Source: Octopus bimaculoides (taxonomy: Eukaryota). From it: a DNA stretch of 64,000 nucleotides. The notes under the pieces are model-generated. The model was not told the DNA's origin and did not search any database. It saw only the letters and a program-made list of their open reading frames with translations. Positions within the stretch are counted from its first letter, which is position 1. Every line of letters begins with the position of its first letter. Of the stretch, positions 48,210 through 61,511 are shown one piece after another. The stretch is taken from the NCBI RefSeq assembly GCF_001194135.2, contig NC_068990.1:76206852-76270851 (forward strand), written 5' to 3'. The position numbers and the translations under genes were made by a program.

Positions 48210-49488
48210 CAGGGATTGGACAAAATAATGGAAACACTTTCAAATTTCAAACAAATTTATTTTAATACGGGGCACGACCGCCTTTGACGGTAATTGCAGC
48301 TTCAATTCTACAAGGTATGGACTCGTACAAAGTTTGAATTGTTTCCAATGGAATTTTTGTCCATTCTTCAGCTAAAACAGTCTCCATTTCTTGTAGTGAT
48401 GATGGTGGAGGATATCGACTCCTTACTTGTTTTTCTAGAATGCACCATACATGTTCAATGATATTGAGATCTTGGGACTGTGGTGGCCAGATAAGATGTT
48501 CAACTTCACTAAAATGTTCCTCATGCCAATCAGTTACAATTTTAGCTGTGTGAATTGGTGCATTATCATCCTGAAAGATTGCGTTTTTCTCCGGAAACAG
48601 TTTCGCAATGATAGGATGAATTTGATCAGATAAAATGTTTAAATAGTCTTGACTATTAATTCTGCCATGAAGGGAAACCATTAGGCCAGCGGATTTCCAA
48701 GATATATCCCCCCACTCATATCATCACAGATCCTCCTCCATGTTTTACAGTTGGAAGAAGGCAATCTGGGTCAAATGCTTCTTTTGGCTGTCTCCACACG
48801 TATACTTAGTCGGTGGTCGGAGATAAGGTATAGGATGACTCGTCCGAGAAAATAACATTTGTCCACTGCTCTAGGGACCAATTCTGTAGGTCTTAAATCC
48901 ACTCTAAACGCTTTGCAACGTTTGTTTTTGAAAGTAGCGGTTTTCTGATTGCAGCCCTCCCGTGAAATCCGGTTTTGTGCAGCTCCCGGCAAACAGATTT
49001 TGTGGAAACTGGGTTCTCGTGCTGGTCATTAAGCTTTGCATTAATTTTGGGAGCTGTACTTTTCTGATCGTTTCTAACAATTCGCGTTAGAATTCGACGG
49101 TCCGTATCTGAAAGTTTTGGTTTTCTTCCGGAGTTTTGTTTCGACGAGGTTTTTCCCTCTTTCTCTCCCAAAGGCTGTCATTATTTTCGAGACAGTACTT
49201 CTTGATGCCCGAAACATTTCGACTGTTTTCGTTATGATAGCGCCTGTCATACGAGCACCAACAATGTGACCTCTTTAAATGTCCAATAGATCTATCATTT
49301 TAATGAATTTTAATTACCCTTTTCTGATGATATCTGAAAAGAAAAGAGAAGTTTAGCAAAATATATTTAGCAACACTAATAATAAATCAAGAAACATAAA
49401 AAATATGCAAGCTTTTGGTGGTTTTATAGATATTTCAAAATTATGATGCTATGATGCCAGATGCTTCCATTATTTTGTCCAACCACTG
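48210..49488 (-). mobile_element. Full-length (1279 bp) non-functional Tc1-family transposon with a DD36E triad (Incomer-like)
   Basis: TIRs cagggattggacaaaataatggaaacac / cagtggttggacaaaataatggaagcat; TA on the left; VIFSDESS, FQDDNAPIH..36 aa..DLNIIEHVW; ORF pieces 48893..49171 and 48262..48681; stops and frameshifts. Confidence 0.93.
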
Positions 49489-49826
49489 CATATACACACA
49501 AACTTATATATATATCATGTATATATATGTGCGCACGCGCGCGTGTGTGTATGTGAATGTATGCATGTATATATGGAATAAGCAGAACAAGAGGTGACAC
49601 GTGGGATAGATTCACAGAAGAAATCACAGAATGTGCGATGAAGGAAATTTGATAAAGAAAAAAATAATTTTAATAAAGCTGAAATGAAGATCAAATATAA
49701 TGCATGTGTTTAATCGGCAAAATATGGCCGACCAGAATTATAACAACATATATATATATACATATATATATACATATATATATACATATATATATACATA
49801 TATATATATATATATGAAGGGTTATA

Positions 49827-49922
49827 GTTGAAGACGCTTACGCAAGGAGCTACGCTATAGAACTGAGCTCGGCACCAGATGGTTGGAAAGCAACCGTCTT
49901 ACCATAAAGCACCGCCAGCGCT
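49827..49922 (-). mobile_element. Family A SINE head, degenerate
   Basis: tatagttgaagacgcttacgcaagg..gaactgagctc..atggttggaaagcaaccgtcttacc. Confidence 0.6.
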
Positions 49923-50757
49923 TAAATACACAGAAGAAAATTGTGTTTGATTTTTATTAGTTAAATGCCTTTAATTCATAATTTATTCAAACACAAGGAA
50001 TTTTATCTGACTAACGATACCAACATCATACTTGGGAGTCCTTCTAGAACATTGATCAGACTTTTTTTTTTCTGTAGACTTGAGGACATAAACTAGATTA
50101 AGCTTAATAAAAATCAGTCTGGAAAGACATTATTGATGTTATGGGCGCTGTACCTTCCCTTGAGATAGAAAGAAAATAATGATATAGTAAAATAGAATAA
50201 GAATAAATACAAAATAAGATACTAAAATAAATATATAAATAACTAAAGAGAGCAATAATACCTGACAAAAAAATTGGTGTCTTCATTTTTCCGGGTCATT
50301 TTACAAAACGAAGAATATTTCGTTTCAAACATATTTACTTCGTCTTTATTATCTTAAAAGTATATTTTTAAATATTTGTTTGTCTGTTTGTGTATTTGGT
50401 TGATCGGTTGGTTCGTTGGCTGGATGGTTGGTGGGCTGGTTTTGTTGCAAGATATTTTGGTTTTTTATTGGTTTCGTACACAACTGGATAAAATTGACCA
50501 TAATTGAAGATAGTTGCTTGCAAGCTTAAATATTCTGACGTCCAGCTGTCAGAAATATTTCCAGCCGACATTTTGAATTTATATTTATATTTATATATAC
50601 ATATATATATCTTTTTTTTTTTTCTGCTTTATGAAATTTTGTTTATCGCAGTGTATCATATTTCTGAAGCCTATATTATAGAATATAATTATGTATGTAT
50701 GTATGTATGTATGTGTATGGACACACAAATGATTGTATCTGTATATGTATTGTATGC

Positions 50758-50878
<121 letters not shown>

Positions 50879-51112
50879 ATGTAGGCACGTACGTCTCTCT
50901 GAAATATATTTTATTTTTGTTCTTAATTTTACAGAATACAAGCCAGAAACCGAGTGGCAAGATTCTTTATTTGAGTCAAGACAACTCTTGTGACTTGTGG
51001 CTACCTGCATTGCTTGGAGTGTGTACAGTTATGTGTATAGCTCCTGGGAGAACACGAACGAACACGAGAGAACATGAGTGAGAATGTTTCATTACTCTTT
51101 GTGTATGCCTTC

Positions 51113-51463
51113 TACCGCCTTTAGTCGATTAAATCGACCCCAGAACTTATTGTTTGTAAGCCTAGTCCTTATTCTATCGGTACCTTTTCCCGAACCGCTA
51201 AGTTACGGGGACGTAAACACACCAACATCGGTTGTCCAGTGATGGTGAGGGGATAAACACGGACACACAAACACACACACACATATATATATATATATAC
51301 GACGGGCTTGTTTCAGCTTGTGCCTACCAAATCCACTCACAAAGCCTTGGTCAGTTCGATGCTATAGTAGAAGACGCCTGCCCAAGGTGCCACACAGTGG
51401 GACTAAAACCGAAACCATGTGGTTGGTAAACAAGCTACTTACCACACTGCCACTCCTGCGCCT
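51113..51463 (-). mobile_element. Family A SINE, near full length
   Basis: accgcctttagtcga..ccgaaccgctaagttacggggacgtaaacacacc..caagctacttaccacactgccactcctgcgccta. Confidence 0.93.
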
Positions 51464-51489
51464 AGCTACTTACATAAATAAATAAATAA

Positions 51490-51541
<52 letters not shown>

Positions 51542-51569
51542 GTAGTTTACATATATATATGAATGTAGC

Positions 51570-51690
51570 TTGTACCCCCACCATCGCTTGACAACCGATG
51601 TTGGTGTGTTTACGTCCGGTTCGGCAAAATATAACGATAGAATAAGCACTAGCCTTACAAAGAATAAGTCCTGGGGGTCGATTTGTTTGC
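51570..51690 (+). mobile_element. Family A SINE 3' portion
   Basis: ccaccatcgcttgacaaccgatgttggtgtgtttacgtcc..gaataagtcctgggggtcgatttg. Confidence 0.88.
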
Positions 51691-51829
51691 CCCCGCCCAT
51701 ATATAACACTCAATCGCGAGATTACCACGCAATAACTAGTACTTGGGTATGAATATTTGGGTACACTACCAGCAGTATATTGGATAGGTATTATCTCTTA
51801 GTTGGTTTCTCAACATCTAACGCCCACAG

Positions 51830-51880
<51 letters not shown>

Positions 51881-51882
<2 letters not shown>

Positions 51883-52335
51883 AAGTGGCCACTGAAAAAC
51901 TGAAGGGTTTGAAAAAGTCATAACACGTCCGTTTTCAATGATTTTTATTTTCTTTATCTGTTCTTTGCATGTTATAGAGCATTCCTTGGAGATTAAAAGG
52001 CTACGTATGATGTCCAGCAAGGAGTAAAACTCATTGAGTTATTCTATTCCAGTGAAATATCAATTATTCAAACTCAGAGAAAATACCGGCAACATTTCAC
52101 TGTCAGAGTATCTCCAAGCGCTAACATGATTCGAAACCTAACCGCCCAGTTTGAAAGAATTGGATCAGTCGGTGATCTTCGGGAAGAGGTCCTAAGCGCA
52201 CTGTGCACACTGACGCAACAGTGGAAGCTGTACGGCAGAGTGTCCTTGACGGTTCATCAGCTTCTACTCGTTGTCGCTCTGTTTAACTAGGCATCACCAG
52301 AACATCACTACAGAAGATTCTGAAACTTGATGCTT
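51881..52335 (+). pseudogene. 5' fragment of a rosa/DD41D-type (DUF4817 HTH) Tc1-mariner transposase
   Basis: TYDVQQGVKLIELFYSSEISIIQTQRKYRQHFTVRVSPSANMIRNLTAQFERIGSVGDL / GRGPKRTVHTDATVEAVRQSVLD..STRCRSV*LGITRTSLQKILKLD; begins right after (TA)n. Confidence 0.7.
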
Positions 52336-53939
52336 AAAATATTCGGCAAAGCCGTCACGATATCTGAGTGGGAACGCATACTGAAAAGAACATTATGCCT
52401 TTTTAATTATTTGAAATGTAGGCGATTTTTACTATGTCGCCATCTAAAAGCTATCAATTTTAGTATGCAAGTGCAAAGGCTGCTATTGATTATTCGAAAG
52501 TCTAGAAATGAATCTGAACCTCTCACTTTATGAAGTCATAGAAAGGGAGTATGCTATATTACCAGTCGTGTTGACTGGCGTCTACAGCATACTCTTTTCC
52601 GAAACGTATGTCAATAGGACTTTCAGTAGACGTACTTTGCTTTCTGCATCTCCATTACTTTTCCTTCACTCTATAGTTAGAGAGAACCTGAAGGCACACT
52701 AAGACTTTTGCAGTGCGATGTCTTTCGAAAATTATGCTTGTTGTGTAGCAGCTAGTTGAGTTAATTGAACACGTCGGCCAATGCAACAATAAACAGCAAA
52801 TTGTTGAATGCTGAAATATTGCTATAAAGGGTAAACATACTAAAAGAAGAGAGAGAAAACTTCATTAATACAGATACATTGTCCTTACTGTAATTTGGCA
52901 ACTTGATCGCAACCAAAACGATGATATATTGGACATATTGATGAGATATTCTAGAACCCGTGATGAAATATTGATGGCATATTTGATTAACTTTATTGTT
53001 TTAAATCTAAAAACTGAAGTGTTCATTAAATGCTTTGGTCACACCTTTCTTTCAATTGAATCAAAAACATTTCTTCTTCAGAGTCCATCTGATCCACTCT
53101 TTAGATGCGTAGGTAGGCGAGTCCAAAATATTCCAAAGCAGAATAGATTAATCCCTAAAGTAGGTAGGAATACATCATTATTCAATGCATCCTTTCTTTG
53201 CTTTAAGATTGTAACATGGGATTTGAATGAGACTCGAGGACTATTTTTAGCAGATCGATCGACGAAGTATAAACTGTGTCGTTGTCTCTTTTGATTAATT
53301 AAATTTCTTGAAAGATTCTGCTGTTATTGTGTTTTGTCACTTTTTAATTTGAATTGGCGAGATTATTTACTTTGTTGTTGATCATACTAATTCAAATGGT
53401 ATATTATTTGTAAAATAACGAGCAGATGGATGTAAACAAACAATCAAAATAATTATTGTTAATAGTGTTATAAAATTAAGACAAAAACATCTTAATTGAT
53501 AATTATTTCCTTGGGGTTTTCTTGTTNNNNNNNNNNNNNNNNNNNNNNNNNNNNNNNNNNNNNNNNNNNNNNNNNNNNNNNNNNNNNNNNNNNNNNNNNN
53601 NNNNNNNNNNNNNNNNNNNNNNNNNNNNNNNNNNNNNNNNNNNNNNNNNNNNNNNNNNNNNNNNNNNNNNNNNNNNNNNNNNNNNNNNNNNNNNNNNNNN
53701 NNNNNNNNNNNNNNNNNNNNNNNNNNNNNNNNNNNNNNNNNNNNNNNNNNNNNNNNNNNNNNNNNNNNNNNNNNNNNNNNNNNNNNNNNNNNNNNNNNNN
53801 NNNNNNNNNNNNNNNNNNNNNNNNNNNNNNNNNNNNNNNNNNNNNNNNNNNNNNNNNNNNNNNNNNNNNNNNNNNNNNNNNNNNNNNNNNNNNNNNNNNN
53901 NNNNNNNNATATATATATTTATATATATATTCATATATA

Positions 53940-54350
53940 TTGGTGTGTGATAAGAAGTTGGGTTCTCAACTATATGGTTCTGAGTTCAGTCCCACTGCGT
54001 GTCACCTTGGGCAAGTGTCTTCTACTATAGCCTTGGGCAGACCAAAGCCTTGTGAGAGGATTTGATAGACGGAAACTGAAAGAGGCCCGTCGTGTGCGCG
54101 CGTGCGTGTGTGTGTTTGTGTACCTTTGTGCTTGTGTTGGTTTCCCATAACCGCTTGACAACCGGTGTTGGCGAGTTTCCATCCTCGTAACTTAGCGGTT
54201 TGGCGGAAGAGGACGACAGAATAAGTAACAGGCTTTAAAAAATAAGTACTAGGGTGGGGGGTGCGCATTCGTTTGACTAACAATTCTTCGAGGTGGCGCC
54301 CTAGCAAAGGCCGCAGCCTAATGACAGAAACAATTTAAAGATAAAAGATA
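53940..54350 (+). mobile_element. Family A SINE, near full length
   Basis: gagttcagtcccactgcgtgtcaccttgggcaagtgtctt..ggtggcgccctagcaaaggccgcagcctaatgacagaaac..gataaaagataaaa. Confidence 0.9.
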
Positions 54351-54397
54351 AAAAGGTAATGACGTCGTAATGTATGATGTTATCAGACATTTTTAAT

Positions 54398-54535
54398 AAC
54401 GGTTTCAAATTTTTGTACAAGGCCAGCAATTTTAAAAGGATGATAAAGCAGACCTCGATTTAAAATGTCAGAAGAAATTCCACTCGCTAAGCATTCTGTC
54501 CAACGCTATTCCGCTTCTGCCAGTCCTACCGCGCT
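54398..54535 (-). mobile_element. Family B SINE, internally deleted
   Basis: ggtttcaaatttttgtacaaggccagcaatttt..gctaagcattctgtcc..cttctgccag. Confidence 0.7.
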
Positions 54536-54749
54536 AAACATGATTAGCAATAGTCATTTCTAACTTAGCTAAACGGAGATAAATTTTGTGGAAGGGATTA
54601 GTCGATTAATTAAATCTTCTAAATACACGTTAGGCAATTTATTTTAGTGAACCCAAAGATATGGCAGGCGGATTTCACTTTGAACTTAAATATAAAAAGT
54701 CCTAACTAAATACCAGTGTCTAATCACAGTAATTTACAAAAACAATTTA

Positions 54750-54914
54750 ATGAAGAAGGTTAACTTCATATACAGAATACGCAAGCTATATAATGAGACA
54801 ATTAACGATATCATATCTGGCTGTTCAGTCCTTGCCAGTCCGAGTATATTTACAGAAATGATGGAGCCTGAGATCAGTTATGTAAATATGTACTAGAGAA
54901 CATAATGTCTAGAC
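54750..54914 (+). pseudogene. R4/Dong-clade LINE CCHC region (left half, split by the hAT)
   Basis: YRIRKLYNETINDIISGCSVLA / SEYIYRNDG resembles the consensus CRxC...ETIxHIISGCxxLAxxEYxxRHD. Confidence 0.7.
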
Positions 54915-57900
54915 CAAGGATGGGGAACATGTGGCCTTAAGGCTGCATGCGGCCTTCTGGGTCAAGTGCGGCCTTCTGCAGCCTTTGATGTAAATGTTGA
55001 TATATATTTTTAAGACCTTGATTTTCTTTGTCTATAGTTTTTATGCATATATTTACAATACACACATATATAGATGAGAGTAAAAATAACTGCGTTCAGT
55101 GATGTTACTCCTAGAAATTGGAAGCATTTTTCTATGAACCTAATGAATATAAACTTAAAGCAACATGGCTACAAAGGCAACATTTCCTTGTCAGCCACGC
55201 CAGCTTAGTAGGAGTGACCTCATGCGTAATACATGTAGAGTTCCTGTCGCATATACCTCTTTGCTGTGGTTTGTACTAAGTACTACTCAGTGACTTCACA
55301 CATAATACATACAGAGTTCTTTCTCGTGTACATCCTCACTGCGGTCTGCACTACATCCTACTCAGTCAACTGTAGTCGTGACTAAGTTCATAGTGACTTG
55401 TGAAATTGTAAGTCTGCGTTTGTTATAGCCTTATTTGAAAGCGTACTTTCACCAGTGCATGCGTTATTTTGCAAACTTCCTTTTTATCACTGAGACTTAA
55501 TTAGTTACAATGATCGAAATCATTGCTACTCTGTTAGGCCAATTGCACACTGTTCTAGGTACAACGGTCTTAGATAAGACACGATCAATCAGCATCCGAA
55601 ACCATGTTCTTGGAATCTTAGTCATGACTTTAGCAATTGCCATTGTTTCGATTGAAAGCCGTCGATATTTGACATTATTTCTATATTAATTGGGTAATGA
55701 TAAATAATAGTACTAATTACAGAAAAGAATATTACGAATCTAGATGATACTTATTCTCGAATGGTAGTGACAATTGCCGAATTCAAGACCAAAAATATGG
55801 TTTTGGATGCAGGTTTATCGTATCTTGTCTGAGATCGTTTTTCCTGGATCAGTGTGCGGCCGGCCTTACAAATTCATTATCATCCTTTTATTTCTTATCG
55901 GTATTCCAGAATAAAAACAATTTTCAACCCATAAGTATGTCGAAGAAATTGAAACGAGCTTTGAAAAAATAAAATAAGATCGTCAATGAAGAATGGGAAT
56001 TACAATATTTTTTAGTGAATAGTGGAGGCAAAATGCCTTGTTTGCTTTGTGATACCGCAATTGAAATGGTTAAGAAATTCCATGCACAGCAGCATTATGC
56101 TCTTCATAAAGAGAAAAATTATGCCAAATTAAAGGGTGAGCACTGCAGAAACTGAAAGATGGAAAACATAAACAAAGACAATTTTTCCATTCTGTGTTAC
56201 ATCAAGGGAATGTTGCTACAGAAGCCAGTTATAAAGTTGCATATTTTCTTGGGAAAAAAGTAAACCATTCATCGATTCAGAACTCGCAAAGGAATGTATT
56301 TTATAAGTGGTAAGATGTATAGATCCAGATAAAGTTAAGAAATATAAGGAGGTGTCTCTTTCAAGAAAAACTAATACAGATCGACAGCATGAATTGGCAT
56401 CTGATGTAACAGAACAGCTGAAAAATATAATCCAAAAAGAAAATGTTTATTATTCAGTAGCTTTGGATGAATCGACAGATTCCATTGATTCAGCACAGGT
56501 ATTGTATTTTATTCGTGCTATAACTGATGATTTTCAATTATATGAAGAATTACTTGCTTTAGGCACCCTTTAAGGAAGGACGCGGGTGATAAGATATTTT
56601 TAACAACTTCAAAAGAGCAATGCCACAAAGTAGGACTAAATATTAGTAATTTGGTAAGTGTACACACGGATGGCTAAGAATGAAGGATTTATTACACATC
56701 TTAAAAAAGAAACCAAAGATCCAAGTGAACTGTTTTCTTTTCGTTATATTTTGCATCAGCAAAATCTCTGTGCAAAATCTGCCATTTTAAATGACACTTT
56801 GCATAAGGTTATACGTATTGTAAACTATATTCAAGCAAATGCCACGAAGCATCGTCAATTTAGAAGCCTGCTGATGATGGATGATAAAGTAATTAGTGTA
56901 GATTTCTCCTATCATTCAAAAGTACGCTGGCTGTCACAAGGGAAAGTATTGGTCAAATTGTATCTTTATGAAAGCAAATAATTGATTTTTTCAAAGGAAA
57001 CAACAAGCATTGTGATTTATCAGATCCAAACTTTTACAGAGATGTTGCATTTTCATGTGATACTATATCAAAATAAAATGAGTTAAACATTTCGTTGCAA
57101 GGCAGAAATAAATCCATTTACACGTGGCAAAAAATTCGGCTAAATCAAAACTATCGCCAGTTTACAAAGGTAATGAATGAAAATGAAGATATCTCTGGAT
57201 CTTTTGAACAATACAAGTCAGTTTTAGACTCATTAGTTGAAGAATACAACAAAAGATTCAGTGATTTTGAAAAGTATAGAATCACTCTGAAACTTGCTTT
57301 TCAACCTCACTTAACTGATGTACCAAAGGCTCCTGAAGAGTTACAAATGGAGCTTATTGAAATGTCTGAAGATAATATCCTGAAATCTCAGTTTGACAAC
57401 AGGGACGATCCCATTGAAATTTGGAAAAAGGCGATAGAATATCCTCGTCTTCGTGAACATGTACGCTGACTGATTTCTTACTGTTCTACAACATACTGTT
57501 CTGAATCCACATTCTCGTACTTGACGCAAATCAAGAATTCACTGAGAACACAGTTGGCAGATGAGCATTTAGAGAACCAATTGATACTAAGAACCACTAT
57601 GTGAGAACCTGATATCAAAATGCTTTCTCAAAAAAGCAAACTAAAGAAGTTATTAATTTGAATAAAGAGTAAATACATGCCTAAAGGAAATATTTTAAAA
57701 TTTCATATTCTTGGTGTTTATATGCTTGACTTTGTTAAAAAGATTATTATTCATTTACTTATTTAAAAAAAAGGTTCCTACTTAGGTAAAATACTTGAAA
57801 ATGTCATATTTCCAAATTTTATTCACCTGTCTCTTTTTTTATGACATTGCTATTAAATTACTTAGCAGCCTAAAAGCCTAGGGATAAAATGACAAAAAAA

Positions 57901-57961
57901 AATATTTGTTCAACGCGGCCTCTATGAGGTGGATTTCATGAACAAAAGTTCCCCACCCCTG
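54915..57961 (+). mobile_element. Full-length hAT transposon (Buster/Charlie/SPIN type), transposase pseudogenised
   Basis: TIRs caaggatggggaac / gttccccacccctg; 8-bp TSD gtctagac (54907-54914) / gtttagac (57962-57969); 3047 bp. Confidence 0.95.
55937..57655 (+). pseudogene. hAT transposase (GTF2IRD2/ZBED8/EPM2AIP1-like family), disrupted
   Basis: EEWELQYF..KMPCLLCD (zinc finger), ATEASYKVAY, VSLSRKT, YYSVALDESTD, YILHQQNLCA, HSKVRWLSQGK, TTYCSESTFS..KNSLRTQLADEHLE; several stops and frameshifts. Confidence 0.93.
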
Positions 57962-58300
57962 GTTTAGACTATTATACCTGAAGAGACTGGCAAGACGATG
58001 AAGTCAAACCACTCAAATATTTTTCCAATGACTTGGATGCAAAATATCTGTATCAGATGGATTTTATGTTCCGATCTGAGCTCAACATTATCCCGAAGTG
58101 GGAGGAGAAACAAGGATTTGGAAACTGAAATAAGTAGAGTGTGAGATATTGAAGTGGAAACGGTAACAATGTTAATTGGAGCACTAGATATAATAAAGAA
58201 TATAATATACGTACAAGCCATATAAACAATACCAAGACTCAGAACATTATCCAAAGCATAGATCTGAGACGCACGAGGCATAACCCACATCCTACATTCA
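57962..58300 (+). pseudogene. R4/Dong-clade LINE RLE region (right half)
   Basis: NKDLETEISRV*DIEVETVTMLIGALDIIK resembles KYKDLEIEISRMWxxKTETIPVIIGALGxIK. Confidence 0.7.
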
Positions 58301-58364
58301 ACCAAAAAGACCTTCCATTCAATAGCAAACAGCACACTCTCTATAAACAATCTATACCCCATAT

Positions 58365-58507
58365 CAGTCATGGGGAAATGACGGTAGGTGAGACTTTCTG
58401 AATGACAAGCTTAACGAAAATCTTACCTTAAATTTAGTAGTGTGGCCTGCCGGATGTTGAACTATGTCTCATGCGGCCCGCTTCTCGGGAAAGGTTACCT
58501 GTGCCTG
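58365..58507 (+). mobile_element. Possible small hAT MITE remnant
   Basis: cagtcatggggaaa ... tgcggcccg..aaaggttacctgtgcctg resembles hAT termini; no TSD match. Confidence 0.3.
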
Positions 58508-59758
58508 CAGAAACACCACCCAATAGAATATGAAAATAAAAAACAGATTGAACACTTCAGACAATTAATGCTAAACATTGTAAAAGACACCAAGCAATAC
58601 ATATACTGGCTTCTAAATAACATAACATAATACAGAGGATACATGCTGGCTGCTGGTGACCGCGTGTTGAAGCCATATTTCGAATCAAACTTCATTAGTG
58701 AATCTGCAGCAATGAATTAAAAGTTTGATGACGACTGAATTTATTTCGTATTTATGCAGAGACAATAAGAAGATGACACAGTCCATACGCCATACAATCA
58801 CCACCCCGTAAATGACACAGCACAGACTCTAGCAACAATAATATTCTAAATACGTATCAACGAAGGATGTAACATTATCCATACAACCCATGCCCGTTAC
58901 TACAATACATGGCACAAGTCACAAAGAGTATACGAATCAATGACCAACTAACATAACACGACCCACTAGTTCACAATACTCGTATTTTGTACTTGCGGCG
59001 GCCATTCACCTGAGGTGAGTTGAGCTAACTCCGAGTAACGAGTGTTTGAGGTGTTCAGTGAGAATTCAAGTTCACTTGTGTCTTCAGTCACACGCATGCA
59101 CTCTTTGGGATAGAATGATCCGTAGCAGCCGTCGATTGTCGACCGTCATAGAGGATTCGCACCGCTGCTTATCGGAGCAGAAGTGGCCTGGGTTTGACGA
59201 GCTTAACAATGGGGCATCTGCACTAAAATTAGCAACATAATGTCCTTTAAACATCACTCTACCATCTTAAAACAAGGGCAATGAATAATGAATAAGAAAA
59301 AAGCATGGTCACTACTGAAACATATTTGAACGAAGGTCTGCCCGATCGAAAATGACCCGGGGACTAAACAAAACCACCACCACCACCAGCAACAACAACA
59401 GCGACAACGCGACACTCTTAGCACAGACGTTAATCCTACTAACGTATGAAAGACTTAAAGGTAATCAAGAGAAACCCAGGACAAATAAGAGCTAATACCG
59501 TATGCAAACATAATTCTACATCTCCAAAGCCGATGCTGCACACAGATGCACTAGAAACTCGTATAAAATGTATGAAAATGTGATGATGACGATGATCTTA
59601 ATAATAATTATTGTTTATGTTTTTATTGTGTGAGCAATAATGACTTATTATTAATATACAGTAATTTATAATCGTATCTGACAATGTCTATTTTCTCTCG
59701 AACTCTCTCTTTCTCTTCATCCCTCACCCTCATTCACTTTCTTCACCCATCCCCTCTT

Positions 59759-59846
<88 letters not shown>

Positions 59847-61288
59847 ACTTCCTTCCTTCTCTTTCTCTTTCTGTCTTATTCTTATCTGCCACCCACAATC
59901 CGTCTAATTTACTNNNNNNNNNNNNNNNNNNNNNNNNNNNNNNNNNNNNNNNNNNNNNNNNNNNNNNNNNNNNNNNNNNNNNNNNNNNNNNNNNNNNNNN
60001 NNNNNNNNNNNNNNNNNNNNNNNNNNNNNNNNNNNNNNNNNNNNNNNNNNNNNNNNNNNNNNNNNNNNNNNNNNNNNNNNNNNNNNNNNNNNNNNNNNNN
60101 NNNNNNNNNNNNNNNNNNNNNNNNNNNNNNNNNNNNNNNNNNNNNNNNNNNNNNNNNNNNNNNNNNNNNNNNNNNNNNNNNNNNNNNNNNNNNNNNNNNN
60201 NNNNNNNNNNNNNNNNNNNNNNNNNNNNNNNNNNNNNNNNNNNNNNNNNNNNNNNNNNNNNNNNNNNNNNNNNNNNNNNNNNNNNNNNNNNNNNNNNNNN
60301 NNNNNNNNNNNNNNNNNNNNNNNNNNNNNNNNNNNNNNNNNNNNNNNNNNNNNNNNNNNNNNNNNNNNNNNNNNNNNNNNNNNNNNNNNNNNNNNNNNNN
60401 NNNNNNNNNNNNNNNNNNNNNNNNNNNNNNNNNNNNNNNNNNNNNNNNNNNNNNNNNNNNNNNNNNNNNNNNNNNNNNNNNNNNNNNNNNNNNNNNNNNN
60501 NNNNNNNNNNNNNNNNNNNNNNNNNNNNNNNNNNNNNNNNNNNNNNNNNNNNNNNNNNNNNNNNNNNNNNNNNNNNNNNNNNNNNNNNNNNNNNNNNNNN
60601 NNNNNNNNNNNNNNNNNNNNNNNNNNNNNNNNNNNNNNNNNNNNNNNNNNNNNNNNNNNNNNNNNNNNNNNNNATATACATATATATATTATGCATGCAT
60701 ATTATTTAACCTTAGCGATATATTTCCATATTATGCAACCCTTGGGAAATAGCTTTACATTGAAAAGAAGAGAAAAAAAAATATTAGCTAGAGGTGAGGG
60801 GGAGATAATTCCGATACTGATTCGAATAATAAGAGCTTATTGGATTACAAAGTTTATGGCATCTCGCCTCATATTTCTTTCGCTTCTATTCCTTTCCACC
60901 CCTTATTCTCCCTCCTCATTCTCCCTTTCTGTTTCTTTTCCTTTTTTCCTTCTATGTTTACATATATATATATATATTTATATATATATATATATATATC
61001 TTCTATCAATATGCGTTTGTTTTGTTTAATTTTTTTGTATGATACTGTGATTTTTTTTTCTTTATCTCTATAACGCAGATTTTTTTTTTTATATATTTCT
61101 CTTATGTTATATTTGGCTTTCTATATTTGATTGAGCTTATAAAAATACAAGATATTTGACCTGGTCAATTCTCTCGTACAAAGGGAAATAATTACAAACC
61201 ATCTAAATTAGAAATATGTCCGACGCCAATTCTCATTTTGAATGTACGTACTCTTCGGGTGGTTGTTAAGTAAAGCTGCGCGCGCGCG

Positions 61289-61320
<32 letters not shown>

Positions 61321-61459
61321 TACACATATACACACANNNNNNNNNNACACACACACACACACACACACATACACATATACACACACACACACACATATAG
61401 ATATATCATTTCCAAATTTCTTAAGCTATTTCCTGACAAGTAAAGAAATCCGTTATGAA

Positions 61460-61473
61460 ATAATAATAATAAC

Positions 61474-61511
<38 letters not shown>

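Noticed and set aside
57977-58012. CTGAAGA-GAC...GTC-AAAC hammerhead-like string
   Set aside because: It lacks the G of GAAA and lies inside R4/Dong coding sequence; coincidental.
59040-59240. ORF 59046..59240 with RMIRSSRRLST, faintly mariner-like
   Set aside because: Only a short match; no TIR or catalytic motifs were found.
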